From Vicugna vicugna (lineage: Eukaryota), in contig MU058687.1 in NCBI GenBank assembly GCA_013265495.1, positions 1,550,001 to 1,614,000 on the forward strand: 64,000 nucleotides of DNA. Reading direction: 5' to 3'. Positions 49,005-61,056 of this stretch are shown piece after piece. Under the pieces are notes generated by a model. That model was not told the DNA's origin, ran no database searches, and saw nothing but the letters and a program-made list of their open reading frames with translations. Position 1 is the stretch's first letter. Every line of letters begins with the position of its first letter. Both the position numbers and the translations under genes were made by a program.

Positions 49005-49304
49005 ACCATTGACTGACAAATGCCTCCAGGGTCTAGGCAGGCACTATAAAGATACGTAGCTCACTGGATGGAGGACTATTGGGAGTGGTGGGGAGTGTGG
49101 AAAACTGAGGAGCGAGTGCATACCTACCTACAGCAGACAGCTGCCCCTCTGTTCTATCCCATGCTGCCAGGGAATTCAGGCCCAGTGTTGCCATCTTCCA
49201 ATTTGTCAAGAAAAGCCCAAATCAGAATTTCTATATGAAATCCCCCCTATTTTAAAACACTCAGCAGACCAAACAAAATGTATGTGTGGGGCAGGTTTGC
49301 CCCT
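49005..49304 (+). mobile_element. MER102-like hAT element
   Basis: caaatgcctccagggtctaggcagg; gtgttgccatcttccaatttgtcaagaaaagcc...tatgaaatccc; ccaaacaaaa. Confidence 0.55.
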
Positions 49305-49915
49305 AACATTTGCAGAGCCTGGAGCAAGAGTACAGATGGAGGCCACATGCCATATGTCTAAATATTTAGACATTAGAAATCAAGCTTATAAAATATGTTA
49401 AATATGTTAAAACAAGTATGTTCTTTTCTCCTGTGTTGACAATTATATCTTCATAACAACCTAGAAGGCAGGGTTTGAATTTAGAACTCTTAGACGCTTC
49501 AGAACTTTGTATCAACATAAGGCAGCACAGGGAGGAACAGCCCCCAGATGGCAGCCTGCCCTCTTCATGTGCCTCCCAACCCCGGGCTCCTCCTCAGTGG
49601 CCTCACGTGCCACCAGCCTGGTCCATCCACACCCCTCCCCTACAGACAGCCATCCCTGGGCCACTCTTCGGGTCCAGGGGTGCACATACCAGTGTCTGAT
49701 CTATTCTGGCAAAGAGGTATCTGGGGAAGAGGGTTACAGTTCCTGGAGGCCAGCTCAGGGACACTCTTCTGGTGTCCTGGGTATATGGAGCACTGTCTAA
49801 AAGGGGACAGAGGGCTCTGGGTAGGCATGTCCCCTTGGTCCTCAGGCCCCATGGGGAGGGGTATAGTTGGGGGAGAAGAGTTCTTGTAATCTGGGGAGTC
49901 TAGAGCAGGGACCTC
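49305..49915 (+). mobile_element. MER115-like hAT-Tip100 element
   Basis: gcaagagtacagatggaggcc..catatgtctaaatattta, tttgaatttagaactct, ggcatgtccccttgg. Confidence 0.55.
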
Positions 49916-51019
49916 TTTTGCCCAAGTCTGAGGGCAGCCCTGCAGAGATCTGCCAGTTTGGAACTCTGATCTACGTTAACAGTGTCTCCGTGGGAAGCCC
50001 AGGTGAAGGGAAGACTCCACACAGCAAGAAATGGGCACATGACCGCATCATCACTGTCTGTCAGTTTGATGTAAGGGTTGCTGGGGAATGTTTCCCTGCC
50101 TGCCGTCCTCAGTGTTTATCTCTTACTCGCAGTGTTATTCCCTGAGTTAGTGTCAAAGCAATTACGGAAAAGCCAGAATTTTCATCTTCAGGTTGAGAAG
50201 TGTGGGTGGGGAGAGAAAGGGAGGCAAAGTCAACTCAGAGGTCACGGGGTTGCCATCTGCTAGACCCAGACTTCCCAGCAGTGTTTATTCATACCTCCAG
50301 CCGATGTCCCCGCTGCAGCTGCGACTCTACGGTGAAGGAGCTGAATCAACTGGGGGCCCCACTTCTTTTCAGGACCAAAAGGCCGGCCCTCTGTGCTGCC
50401 CTGCACTCCTTCTCCCTCACAGGATTCAGTGTCCCTGAGCTGTGCAGGAATTCCAAGGGGAAAAGGGATGGCGATGTGAACTAAGGCCAACACTAAGATG
50501 GTAAAGATTGAATAGTGTTTGTCAGAGGGGACTGGCATTTTAAGAATCACTTAAGGAGAGTAATGCCTGGCCCCAAGGAAGGATGCCCAATGGAGGCATT
50601 TTAAGCTTTGTAGCCAGTGTGTATATAATGGAATTCTTGCCATGTGGATGACCAGCTACTGCACTGGCCTTGTGTGGGTACCAGGGGAATGGGGGCTGGG
50701 GACTGGAAAGGAACAGAGCCGTGTCCCTCCTAAAAATTTTGTTTCTCTACTGCTTGGTATGTGATTGGAGTTAATCTACATCCAGGAAGGTAAGATAAAA
50801 ACTTGATCCTGGTTTAAAGAATCTACCAACAGGCAGTGATAAAGAGCCCACTCTTGGAGGAATTCCCTAGGGAAATTTGCAGAGGCAAATTTTATTGCTA
50901 CTTAAGTTTGTCTGGCTCCTTCTGGAAGATTCCTGGTGAGAGACTGCTAAACTTGTCACTGTACCTAGAACCAAAGTTAGGAACAGGACAAAGACTGATA
51001 ATTGACCTCTCAAAGCCAC

Positions 51020-51450
51020 TCTTTCCTTTTTTCTTACTGCAGAATTCTCATTTTGTCTAGAATGGCAGTCTGCCCAGCTAAAAAGATGGTATTTCCCAGA
51101 CTCCCTTGCCACTAGGGATGGCCACGTGACACAGGCAATGAGATATAAGCAGAAATTGTTGGGTAGGGCTTATGGGAAAGCTCTTTAGAAAGTGGGGCCA
51201 TCTCAGTTAGCACATGCCTTTTTCCTTCTTTCTGGAAGGCAGGTGTGATGTAGGAGGTGGGGCAACTATTTTAGGACCATGAGACAAGCATTAGTATGAA
51301 GGAGGAAAAGAGATTCTGGGTCTCTGGTAATACTGCAGAAATGTAATGATACAAGCTTTGGAAGGCCTGCCTCTGGATTTCTTTTAAGTGGAAATGGAGA
51401 AGAGTTTATTTGGCTAAGCCACTATGAGTGGCACTCTTAAGTGCTGCTTA
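51020..51450 (+). mobile_element. Old MLT1 (MaLR) LTR
   Basis: tatttcccagactcccttgccactagggatggccacgtgac; ctgcctctggatttc; ttatttggctaagccact. Confidence 0.65.
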
Positions 51451-51522
51451 TCTTAGTCTGTCTAATGCAGGAGCCAAGAGAAGCAAACACCCAAACAAGG
51501 AATTTAAACCATTCCCCCAACT

Positions 51523-51739
51523 CAGTGGTTCTCAGCTAGAGGTGATTTTGTCCCTTGAGGGATATTAGGCAATGTGTGGAGATGTGTTTGATTGTTCCAA
51601 CTTGGGAGAGACGTGTTACTGGCATCTAGTGAGTAGAGGGAAGGGATGCTGCTAAACATTCTACAACACACAGGGCAAACGTCCCAGGGAAGAATTATCC
51701 AGCCTCAAGTGTCAGGAGTGCAGAGGTTGAGAAACCCTG
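51523..51739 (+). mobile_element. MER20, near full length
   Basis: cagtggttctca...ttgagaaaccctg termini; tactggcatctagtgagtagagg..gggatgctgctaaacatt. Confidence 0.85.
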
Positions 51740-52382
51740 CAGCTAGGACTGTGCTTCCAGGGCACTAGACCTTAGCCTACTAACCGGCCCTGTCCATCAC
51801 TCCTCTCTTGGAAGCAAACCCTGTGTCCTGGCCAGGCTGAAAAATTCATGTCCTTGACCATATCTTGCACTTTCCTTTCACTAAGCCTTTGGTTATGCAC
51901 TGTTTCCTTTGTCTCGATTCCTCCTATCACCACTTCAGTGGATCTTAAGAGGGGAAACTAGGAATCTTCACTTTTAATAAGATTCCCTGGTGTTTCAGCT
52001 AGAAGTAGCATGGTGAGAATCTGATCTAAATGGCATGAGGTGCATGACTTTATTAGGTCACCTTAAGTTTTTGAAATTCTACCCATTTTTCAAAATTCAA
52101 CTTAGTCCCCACAGTGCCTACCTGGAATGCAGGATAATTTTAGACAAAATTTGTATAAAACCTTTTTTACTTTAGTTAGTATATATTTATTCCAATAAGT
52201 TTAGTGGTTTTCCATTTAGTATAATGGTATACATCTTCCTCTACAAATAAATTTACTTTCATAAAAAAGTGAAATGATTTTAAAAAACATATGCTAAAAT
52301 ATACAGTCGATTTAGAAGCACCGCTCTTGTTAATGTACACAGTGTGTAGATATTTGCTTTGTCTTCTATGGTGTTGCTTTTT

Positions 52383-52515
52383 GATTTTTATTTTTTGGTG
52401 GGGGAGGAGGTAATTAGGTTTATTTAGTTATTCTTAGATGAGGTACTGGGGATTGAACCCAGGACCTTGTGCATGCTAGGCATACGCTCTACCACTTGAG
52501 CTATACTCTTCCTCT
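52383..52515 (-). mobile_element. tRNA-derived SINE (tandem pair B, left copy)
   Basis: Reverse-oriented family sequence; TSD gtgttgcttttt at 52371-52382 and 52524-52535. Confidence 0.85.
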
Positions 52516-52535
52516 CACTCCCCGTGTTGCTTTTT

Positions 52536-52655
52536 TTTTTTTGTCAGGGAAGTAATTAAGTTTACTTCTTTATTTTCAGAGAAGGAGCTGGGGATTGAAC
52601 CCAGGACCTCATGCATGCTAGATAAGCGCTCTGCCACTTGAGCTATACCCTCCCC
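52536..52655 (-). mobile_element. tRNA-derived SINE (tandem pair B, right copy)
   Basis: Reverse-oriented family sequence followed by a related target copy gtgttatgtttt at 52659-52670. Confidence 0.85.
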
Positions 52656-53415
52656 TCAGTGTTATGTTTTAATGTGTATAAAAGACAAGGAAGAAAGGGG
52701 TAAAAGAGAGATGAATAAAACTTCCATGTTGGCCAAGACCGAGATCAGTTTGTTTAAATATATAAATACGTATATTTAGATTTTGAAAGCCAGCAAATAT
52801 AGAGTATGCACACTAAAATTTGCAAGTCCAGCAGCACCTCTGAAATTTCCCTTTTCTGTCTTCTGTAGGGAGCATCCAGATCTGAACAGTGAAAAGCAAC
52901 ATATTTCATCTCCCTTTTAAGATAGGCATTTTAAGATACTGATGCTAAACTTTCCAAAACCTCTTGTTACATGCAATCAGAGGTCAGCTCTGGAGGTCGG
53001 CTCGTCATAGCTGTGCCATTGGAGCAGTGAAATGAGGTTGAAAGTCTCATCAGGACCAGGTCCCACCCCATCCACATTAGCACATCTTCTCTGAGTGAAG
53101 TCAGCATTATTCACATCATATGCTTTTCAACTGCCCATTGGCCCAGGGCATGATTGGCGTGCAAGAGTTACTCCAGGTGATTATTAAGGTGAAGACCCAA
53201 ATCCTTGATGGAACCCCAGCCACCTTACATCGTCTGCCCCCTGGCTCATCCCACACCACCCTCATGTCCTCTATACTGTCCCTTTCCCCAAATCTCTATG
53301 CTCCCTCCAAATTCAGGATCTTGCTCTCTCTCTTCAGTCTCAACTGACCACTCTTTATCCTGTACTCCGCCTTCATCTAGTTAACTCCTGCCTTTTCTTA
53401 AAATATCAGTTTAGG

Positions 53416-53502
53416 TGGTTCAACTCTCAGTACCTCCATAATAAACAAGTACATTATATAAGTAAATAAACCTAATTACCTCCCCTCCACCAAAACAAAA
53501 CA
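53416..53502 (+). mobile_element. 5'-truncated tRNA-derived SINE
   Basis: Starts at the B-box (ggttcaactctc); cctaattacctcccc body; perfect TSD aaaatatcagtttagg at 53400-53415 and 53503-53518. Confidence 0.85.
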
Positions 53503-54620
53503 AAAATATCAGTTTAGGGGAGCTTTGCCCGATTTCCCGACTAGATCAGATCCCCACTATCACATGGTTTCATAGCACCACACACAGCCATTAACGGATG
53601 GAAATTTCACATGTGTCTGTGTGGTTATTTGGCAGACATTTGTCTCCATTCTTAGACCATGAGGTTCTATGATGGCTGTGCTTACCTTTGTATTCTCAGC
53701 CCCATGCACAGTAACAAAAAGCCTGCCACACAGTAGGAGATCAATAAATATTTGTTGACTGAATAAGTAAAAGAATGAATGGATGGATGGATGGAAAAAT
53801 GAAGCATAGTGCCTGCCTTCTAGGAGTGTATAATCCAAGGCAATTCTTATCTGACAATGGCACACAGCAACAAAATGAACATTCAACCAACATAAGGACA
53901 GTAAGCATCAATCAGATCTTTTAAGAGCAGGAATGGAGGGAAGGGACGCATTCCCATAGAGATGGTTGAAACTGGAAACAGGAGCCCCAGATGGGGTCAG
54001 AGGAGGCTAGGATGGTGAACTCTTGAGTCACACTACCATTTAGTTTTTAGTCTTATATCTAAATGTCACCAGTCAGAGAGAGGCAAGGACCAGTATCAAA
54101 GTAAAAGTAAGCTGGGTGTCCTGAACAAGATTCTCTAAAAGGACATTTGTCTCTGTCTACCCTCATCAGCCTCTGTTCTAGTCTTCAAAGTCCTGCTTCC
54201 ATGATAATGTACAATGGAAGCTAGCCTACCTGCCTGGCTAGCTGGCTGTCCCTGCCCCTCCCCACCACACACACACACTCCCTTCTGTAGAAGCCAATCC
54301 TCTTACCAAGAAAGAAAGAGGGCATATTCCCAAGCAGCCTTTTCAATTGGAGCTTCAAATATGAGTCTCAAGTCTCAAGTCTTGGAGTCTCAAGGTTTTC
54401 TTGAGACCATTGAGAGATGATGATAAAGACAAGACATCCCCTCATGTCATGGACAGAGCCACCAAGGGTGACTCGTGGTGGACAGTCAAATAGCTGTCTA
54501 AATAGGCCATTCACTAACCATGAGTGAAGGCAGAGAATGTCTCTCTCTTGGTTACTTCTATATCCCTAGTGCTCAGCACAGCAGACACTTACTGTTTGAT
54601 AAATGAGGAAGAGAAGGAAA

Positions 54621-54680
54621 GGAAGGAAGGAAGGAAGGAAGGAAGGAAGGAAGGAAGGAAGGAAGGAAGGAAGGAAGGAA
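54621..54680. repeat. (GGAA)15 tetranucleotide microsatellite
   Basis: 60 nt of perfect GGAA units. Confidence 0.97.
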
Positions 54681-54984
54681 GGGAGGGCCTCTAGTCTCAA
54701 AGCTTGTCTACTTGGGTTAAAGTTACTTTTGGCCCCTCAGATGCTGTCCTATCCTTATCCCCAGGTGATAAAAGAAACAAGGCCGTAAGGACCCCAAATC
54801 CTGAGGAACCAGGGCTAACTGGGTTGATCTGGTGGCCTCCAGGAAGTTTATAGTCCTACTAGGATGGAGATCTAGTTCTGTCTGGATCTAACTTTGGGGC
54901 TGAAGACAGGTGTCACTTGAACTGTGGCTTAGAGCTGGGATGCAGCTGATCAGAGGGGTCATTTTTGGGCACCCAGAATTCATG

Positions 54985-55345
54985 CCTTTTTCTTTTGATA
55001 AAGCCACCTTAATTTCCTTTTCAAAATTGCTTCTTTCCCATGTGTAGAGTTGGCAATCAGGTGCCTTGCCTTAACTGGCTGAGGTGCAGTCATGTGACCC
55101 AGGCTGGGCCAATCAGACTCTTTCCTGGGAATGACTCTTGCGCAGAAAGGAAAGACCCACAAAGATATTGGGAGCCCTCCACTTCCACTGTGAACCCTGA
55201 TGAGAAAATTCCTGTGGTGGAGAGCTGTCCTGGATCCTTCTTTATTCTGAGCCTTTTCTCCAGCCTTCCTTTGGATTCTGTGAGCCACACAATATTCTTC
55301 CAACAAACTCACTTCCTCCTTAAATTAGCCAGAGTCAACTTCTCT
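54985..55345 (+). mobile_element. Old MLT1 (MaLR) LTR
   Basis: catgtgacccaggctgggccaatcagactc; aactcacttcctccttaaattagccagagt. Confidence 0.6.
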
Positions 55346-55698
55346 TAAGAAACACAAAGCTCAGGAATAATGACTCATACTTGGGGTTCCTAGGAAGGCA
55401 GGGTCACTGGGTCCTAATTCTCAGGGGCCAACAGGAGTAGATTATTTTCTGAGAGGGTTCTGGGATGCCCTGTGCTCCATGAGATACCAGGCATTTAGCC
55501 AGCACTGCCCCAGCCTCTAGCGTACCTGACCCGAGTAAGACCCATCACTGCTTCTAGCAAGAACCCCAGGCTCTAATGTGAAAACCATCACTGAGCTGGG
55601 ACTTTGCAACAGCCTCAGGCTATACTCTCCATCAGTTCCTTCTGTGTGGCGCCCAGTCAACCCGCTCAGAGGCAATATTCAGAATTCAGGCCAGGCAC

Positions 55699-56979
55699 AA
55701 GTGGTGCTGGAAAGCTGGACACAGCATGTAAATCAATGAAGTTAGAACACTCTCTCACACCTTACACAAAAATAAACTCAAAATGGCTTAAAGACTGAAA
55801 CATGAGACAGGACATGATAAATCTCCTAGAAGAAAGCATAGGCAAAGCATTCTCTGACATAAATCTTAGCAATGTCCTCCTAGGGCAGTCTACCTAGGCA
55901 ATAGAAATAAAAGAAAAAAATAAACAAGTGGGACCTAATTAAATTTTGCACAGCAAAGGAAACCATAACCAAAACAAAAAGACAACCTATGAACTGGGAG
56001 AAAATGTTGGCTAAAGATGAGAATGGCAAGGGCTTAATTTCTAAATATACAAACAGTTCATACAACTCAATAACAAAAAACAAATAACCCAATCAAAAAA
56101 TGGGCAGAAGCCCTAAATAGACATTTCTCCAAGGAAGACATACAGAAAGCCAACAGGCACCTGCAAAGATGCTTAATATCACTAATTACCAGAGAAATGC
56201 AAATCAAAACTATAATGAGGTATCACCTCACACCGGTCAGAAGGGCCATCATTAAAAAGCCCACAAATAGTAAATGGGAATGTAATTTGGTGCAACCACT
56301 ATGGAAAACAGTATGGAGTTTCCTTAAAAAACTAAAAATAGAGTTACCATATGATCCAGCAATCCCACTCCTGGACATATATCTGGATACATGCACCCCA
56401 ATATTCATAGCAGCACTGTTTACAATAGCCAAGACGTGGAACCAACCTAAATGTTCATCAACAGATGACTAGATAAAGAAGTTGTGGTGTATATATATAC
56501 ACAAAGGAATACTACTCAGCCATAAAAAGAATGAGATAGTGCCATTTGCAGTAACATGGATGGACCTGGAGATTGTCATAGTAAGTGAAGCAAGCCACAA
56601 AGAGAAAGAAAAATACATATGATATCACTTATATGTGGACTCTAGAAAAAAGGACACAAACGAACTTATTACAAAACAGAAACAGAGTCACAGACATAGA
56701 AAACAACAAACAAGCGTATGGTTACCAAAAGGGAAAGTAAGGGGAGGGATAAATTAGGAGTTTGGGATTTGAAGATACAAACTACTAAATATTAAACAGA
56801 TAAAAAACAAGGTCTTACTGTATAGCACAGGGAACTACATTCAATATCTTGTAATAACCTATAATGAAAAAGAATGTGAAAAAGAATATATATATATATA
56901 TATTTAACTGAATCGCTATGCTGTATACCAGAAACTAACACAGCATTATAAATCAACTATACTTCATTTAAAAAAAAAA
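55699..56979 (+). mobile_element. Relatively young 5'-truncated L1 (ORF2 C-terminus, 3' UTR, poly-A)
   Basis: [40 protein letters not shown]; poly-A tail; perfect 16-bp TSD aattcaggccaggcac at 55683-55698 and 56980-56995. Confidence 0.92.
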
Positions 56980-57860
56980 AATTCAGGCCAGGCACTGGCC
57001 AATCAGAATGGACACTGGAGCTAGAGCTGAGTGGAGGCTGCCCTGCATTGTAGTGTGGGGCTGCCCTAGGGAGTGGGCTATTGGCCAGCAAGAGTGTAAA
57101 TATTTTAATATTTTAACACCTGGTGCACACCACCTGGGTATCAGTTCGGCCCCTATAAGGCTGGGAGCACCTCTGAGGGGACGACTCGCTCCAGTACATA
57201 TAATTCTGCTCTTCTCTCCCTTTGCCGAATCCCACCCCTCACTGGTCCCTGACTAGCCCAGGGCTTTGCATTTGCACAGAGCAGGTGGCTAACATATATT
57301 TATAAAAAAAAATAATAAAATCCCAGGGTAGAAGAAAGAAAATGAAGAGAAAGAGAAGAGGTAAAAGGAAGGAAAGAAAAGGGGAAAATTGGATCTGTTT
57401 TGGAAAAATCATACTGTAGGAACTTTCCCCTGCCTTCCCACTCCCCCAGTTCAAAATGTTAATCTACGTACTCATTTGAAATAAGCATCGGGGCACTCTT
57501 GAAAGAGGAAAAAGGCACAAAATAAGAGTGTTATATGAAAGAGTAAAGGGACTATGCTGCTTAGTCTTCTTGCTGGGGCCAGGGATGACAGTGGCTGCCA
57601 TTTTTCAAACATTTACCTCCTTACTTGTTGAGTATGGTATTAGGAACTACTATTATCCTCAGTTTAAAAATAAAGAAACAGACTCAAAAGGGGTTAAATG
57701 ATTTGCCCAAGGCCACACGGCTGAGTGCAGAGATGGGACTCAAACTTGCCCTTGTTGCCTCCAAAGCTGGAGCTATATATATAACAAGGGAGTTCTCTTG
57801 GGGGAATTTCTCAAGTCCCAGATTACAGCCAGGACCATGGAGACAGCAGCCCTGAGTTGG

Positions 57861-57877
57861 TGCTGCCACCTAGTGAC
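57861..57877 (-). promoter_or_regulatory. Candidate CTCF site
   Basis: Minus strand reads GTCACTAGGTGGCAGCA, one mismatch to the CCACTAGGTGGCAG core. Confidence 0.55.
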
Positions 57878-60449
57878 AAGGTTGAGAACTGTGGAGACAC
57901 ATTTTCCTCCTCCCTTCCCCTTCCTGGCTACATCCTCACTTCCCAGCTTGAGATCTAGGGAGTTCTACCTCTGGCAGCCAACAGTTATGTTTTCTGGACT
58001 ACTCGGTGTTTTCTGGGATACAGAGAACTGACCTCTAGATGCAAGCTGGTGCCTCACTGGGCTTCCTCATTTTATCCCAGAGCATAGTTCTGGAGAAACA
58101 TTTGTTGAATACATGAATGACCAGGAATGCAAATCTCCACAGGTCTGGGCATCAACCTGGTCTCCATAGACAACCTCTGAAGACACTTTACCGTGAAGAT
58201 CAGGGCTGATCACATCCCAGTCCAGGGCCAAGACTTCTGCCTCAGCGTGACTCCCACACAATCTGTCTCATCGAGCACCTTCTAGCTCCCTGGTACTGTA
58301 TTCATGCAGCTTGTCTTACATGATTTAATTTCATCTTTTCATCTGACACCCAAAGAGGTCAATGCAGCATGCCTGAGTTCACAGAATAGAGATTCGAACC
58401 CAGATCCTCAGACTCCAAGTTCTTCCTGCTCCACCACTCTGCTCTCCCGCCCGGCTTCCCACCCATTTGACTCACTGCATGAAACCTTGTTTTTGTCAGC
58501 CTAGTCATCCAGATGTGATGACTCAAGAGTCAACCTAGGGCAGACTGCCAGGGGGAGAAGGCTTGTGTCAGCACAGCGGCTTTCCTGACCTTTAAGGTAG
58601 CGAGGAGTCACCTCAATCTGAAACGTGTGGCTGCCGAGCAATTTCAGTCTCAACCATAATAGGACATCATTGCTGGGCAGATAAGCAAAAGACATCCCCA
58701 CTCCCTGTGCTTCCCATGGCTCTTTCTGGGTCTCCTCCTAGGCCCAGAGTCACCTGAAACACAGAAGCCAGAAGCCAGATTTTCCTTTTAGACCTGGTTC
58801 TTAGAATCTTGTTGCAAATGGAGAGAGAATAAAGGGTTGCCTTCAAGATGGCAGGATGTTCTCGCTAAACATGTGCTTCACTCTGCCCCAAATTAATCTA
58901 GTCACTTCTCTCTAAAGAGATGTCTTTAAAGACTGAAGTCTTTAAAGGTTGCCTCCTTTAGGTACATCTTTGTGTCAGGAAATCCACTTTACATTTATGT
59001 GCTACATAAACCGGTTGCCTATAGTGATGAAATAAACAGAATAGTCAGCTCTGCCCTCAACACTGTGTATCTAGTGAGGACAGATACTCCAAAGTAAACT
59101 TCTTTTTTTTTTTTAACCTGAAGTTTCTGATTACCCATCTAAACTAGTGATTTCTTACATTCGGTGGTCATCGGACAGCTTTGATATGAGGAAACCTATG
59201 GACTCCCCCTTCCCTTTGCAAAATATATGTGTACCCATCAGATCTGAGCTATATGATTTGAAGGGTTCGTGGATTCTTGGGACCCATTTGTAGACCCCCC
59301 AAGTTAAAAAACAATTCATCAGTCTTCACAGCAAGCATCCGAGTCTCAAGAAACACAGCTGCTGGTAGGCAGTGTGGTCCAGAGCGCGTAGCGTTCAGTT
59401 GGCAGTCAGATGTTCTCATCAGTCATCACAAGTTAGTGAGCTGGGAGAGACTCATACCTGCAAGAAAACCTACTTGACATGAAGCAGAATGTTTGACTCA
59501 CCGGCCATTTTGATCTGGTAACTCTGATACAATGTGTCATAAACAGTGAGAAGAAGAAGGGAGTGGGGGTGAGGATGGGATGAGGTTCCAGGATGGAATG
59601 ATGATGTATGTTAAGTACTTTACTTGATAATTTTATAATGGTTGGAAGCTTAATGGTTTTAAAAACTAATATATAAAAATGTCCCTTTGACAAAATGCTC
59701 AGTGCTAAAACAGCCATGTCAGGTGCATTCCAAGCACAGTGAATGAGAGATTAGGACAAACTTAGTGAGACAGGTGCCTGTCCATTGAATATGATCACAA
59801 GAGCATAAGAACCCCAGACTTTGCTCCTGTGGCTTAAGATATTTATTACATCCAAAGTGCAAATGCTTCCAGTAAGAGTTATACTTTTGTCTTACCAGCC
59901 ATTTACACTAGAGACAGAATTTTTGCCTCTTCCTTCTCTGAAGTCCTTTTTTTTTTTAATTTACAAGAGGGTAGAGAGGGCAAAAGAATGTTAGAGATTG
60001 GAGGAAGGAGTATGGGAGGGAACTAGAGGCATTGAAACCCAATTGAACATGTGATTTCGATCCAGGATTAAATTGATCGAATTATTTGCCTCAAGAACAA
60101 ATTCTGGCCATCTAAATAATAGTCCCTGTTCCTGCTCCAACTTCAGTAAATGCCTTGAGTAGAAATTTTGTGTTATCAATGTATCCTAAGGCTTCAGAGC
60201 AGGAGACACTGCTGTTACTGCTGTGTGCGTGTATGGGTGTGTGTATGTCTGTGTGTGTGTCTATGTCTGTGGCTTGAGGCACCCAAAAAACTGGACGCAT
60301 GGCTGGACCTACTCCACCACCTCTGAACATCTGGTGCTGAGCTACATTTCCACAGTGGGAGATCCCATTTTTAACAGTTGGTGACATGACCCACCCAGCC
60401 CACGTGTCAATGTCTCTTATCCCTGGATGGACACTTGCACCCCCTCCTT

Positions 60450-61056
60450 CATCCTTCCCCAGGGTCGCCCAGCTGCTCCGCTGCTGCTCCTCCCCACCCA
60501 GCAGCCAGAGAGATCCTTTTACAGCACAAGTCGACCGCATCACTCTTCTACTTAAAACCCTCTAGTAGCTTCTTACCTCAACCGTGTGAGGTAAGAAGTC
60601 CTCAGCAGAGCCCACAAGACTGCAGGCAGCGTGGCCCCCATCTACCTTTCTGATCATCTGAACCCCACTCTCCCCCACTTTCAGTCTCTCTGCTCCAGTC
60701 ACATGGCCTTCCTGCTGTGCCTTGAACATTCTGAGCCTGTCCCCACTGCGGAGTCTTTGCCCACCCCTGTGCCTAGGGCGCACTCACTCCAGATACCCAT
60801 GTGGCTGGTTTCCTCACTTCTGCTCAAACGTCACCTCCTCAGACAGGCCTGCCCTAACGGCCACCTTACTCTCTGTCTTGCTACCTTACATGATATTATG
60901 CTCATTTCTCCACTGACTGTGTTCCCCTAGGACTGTGAACTTCAGCACTTCAGGACCTTGTCGACGTGTTCACCACTCCTTGCCCTGTGCTTGGACCAGT
61001 GCCTGGCATGTAGTCAGGGTTCCAGATATATTTGTTCAATAAAGAAATGAATGAGT
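60450..61056 (+). mobile_element. L2 3' portion
   Basis: cagcagccagagagatcctttt, tgctccagtcacatggccttcc, cagtgcctggcatgtagt...atatttgttcaataaagaaatgaatga. Confidence 0.75.
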
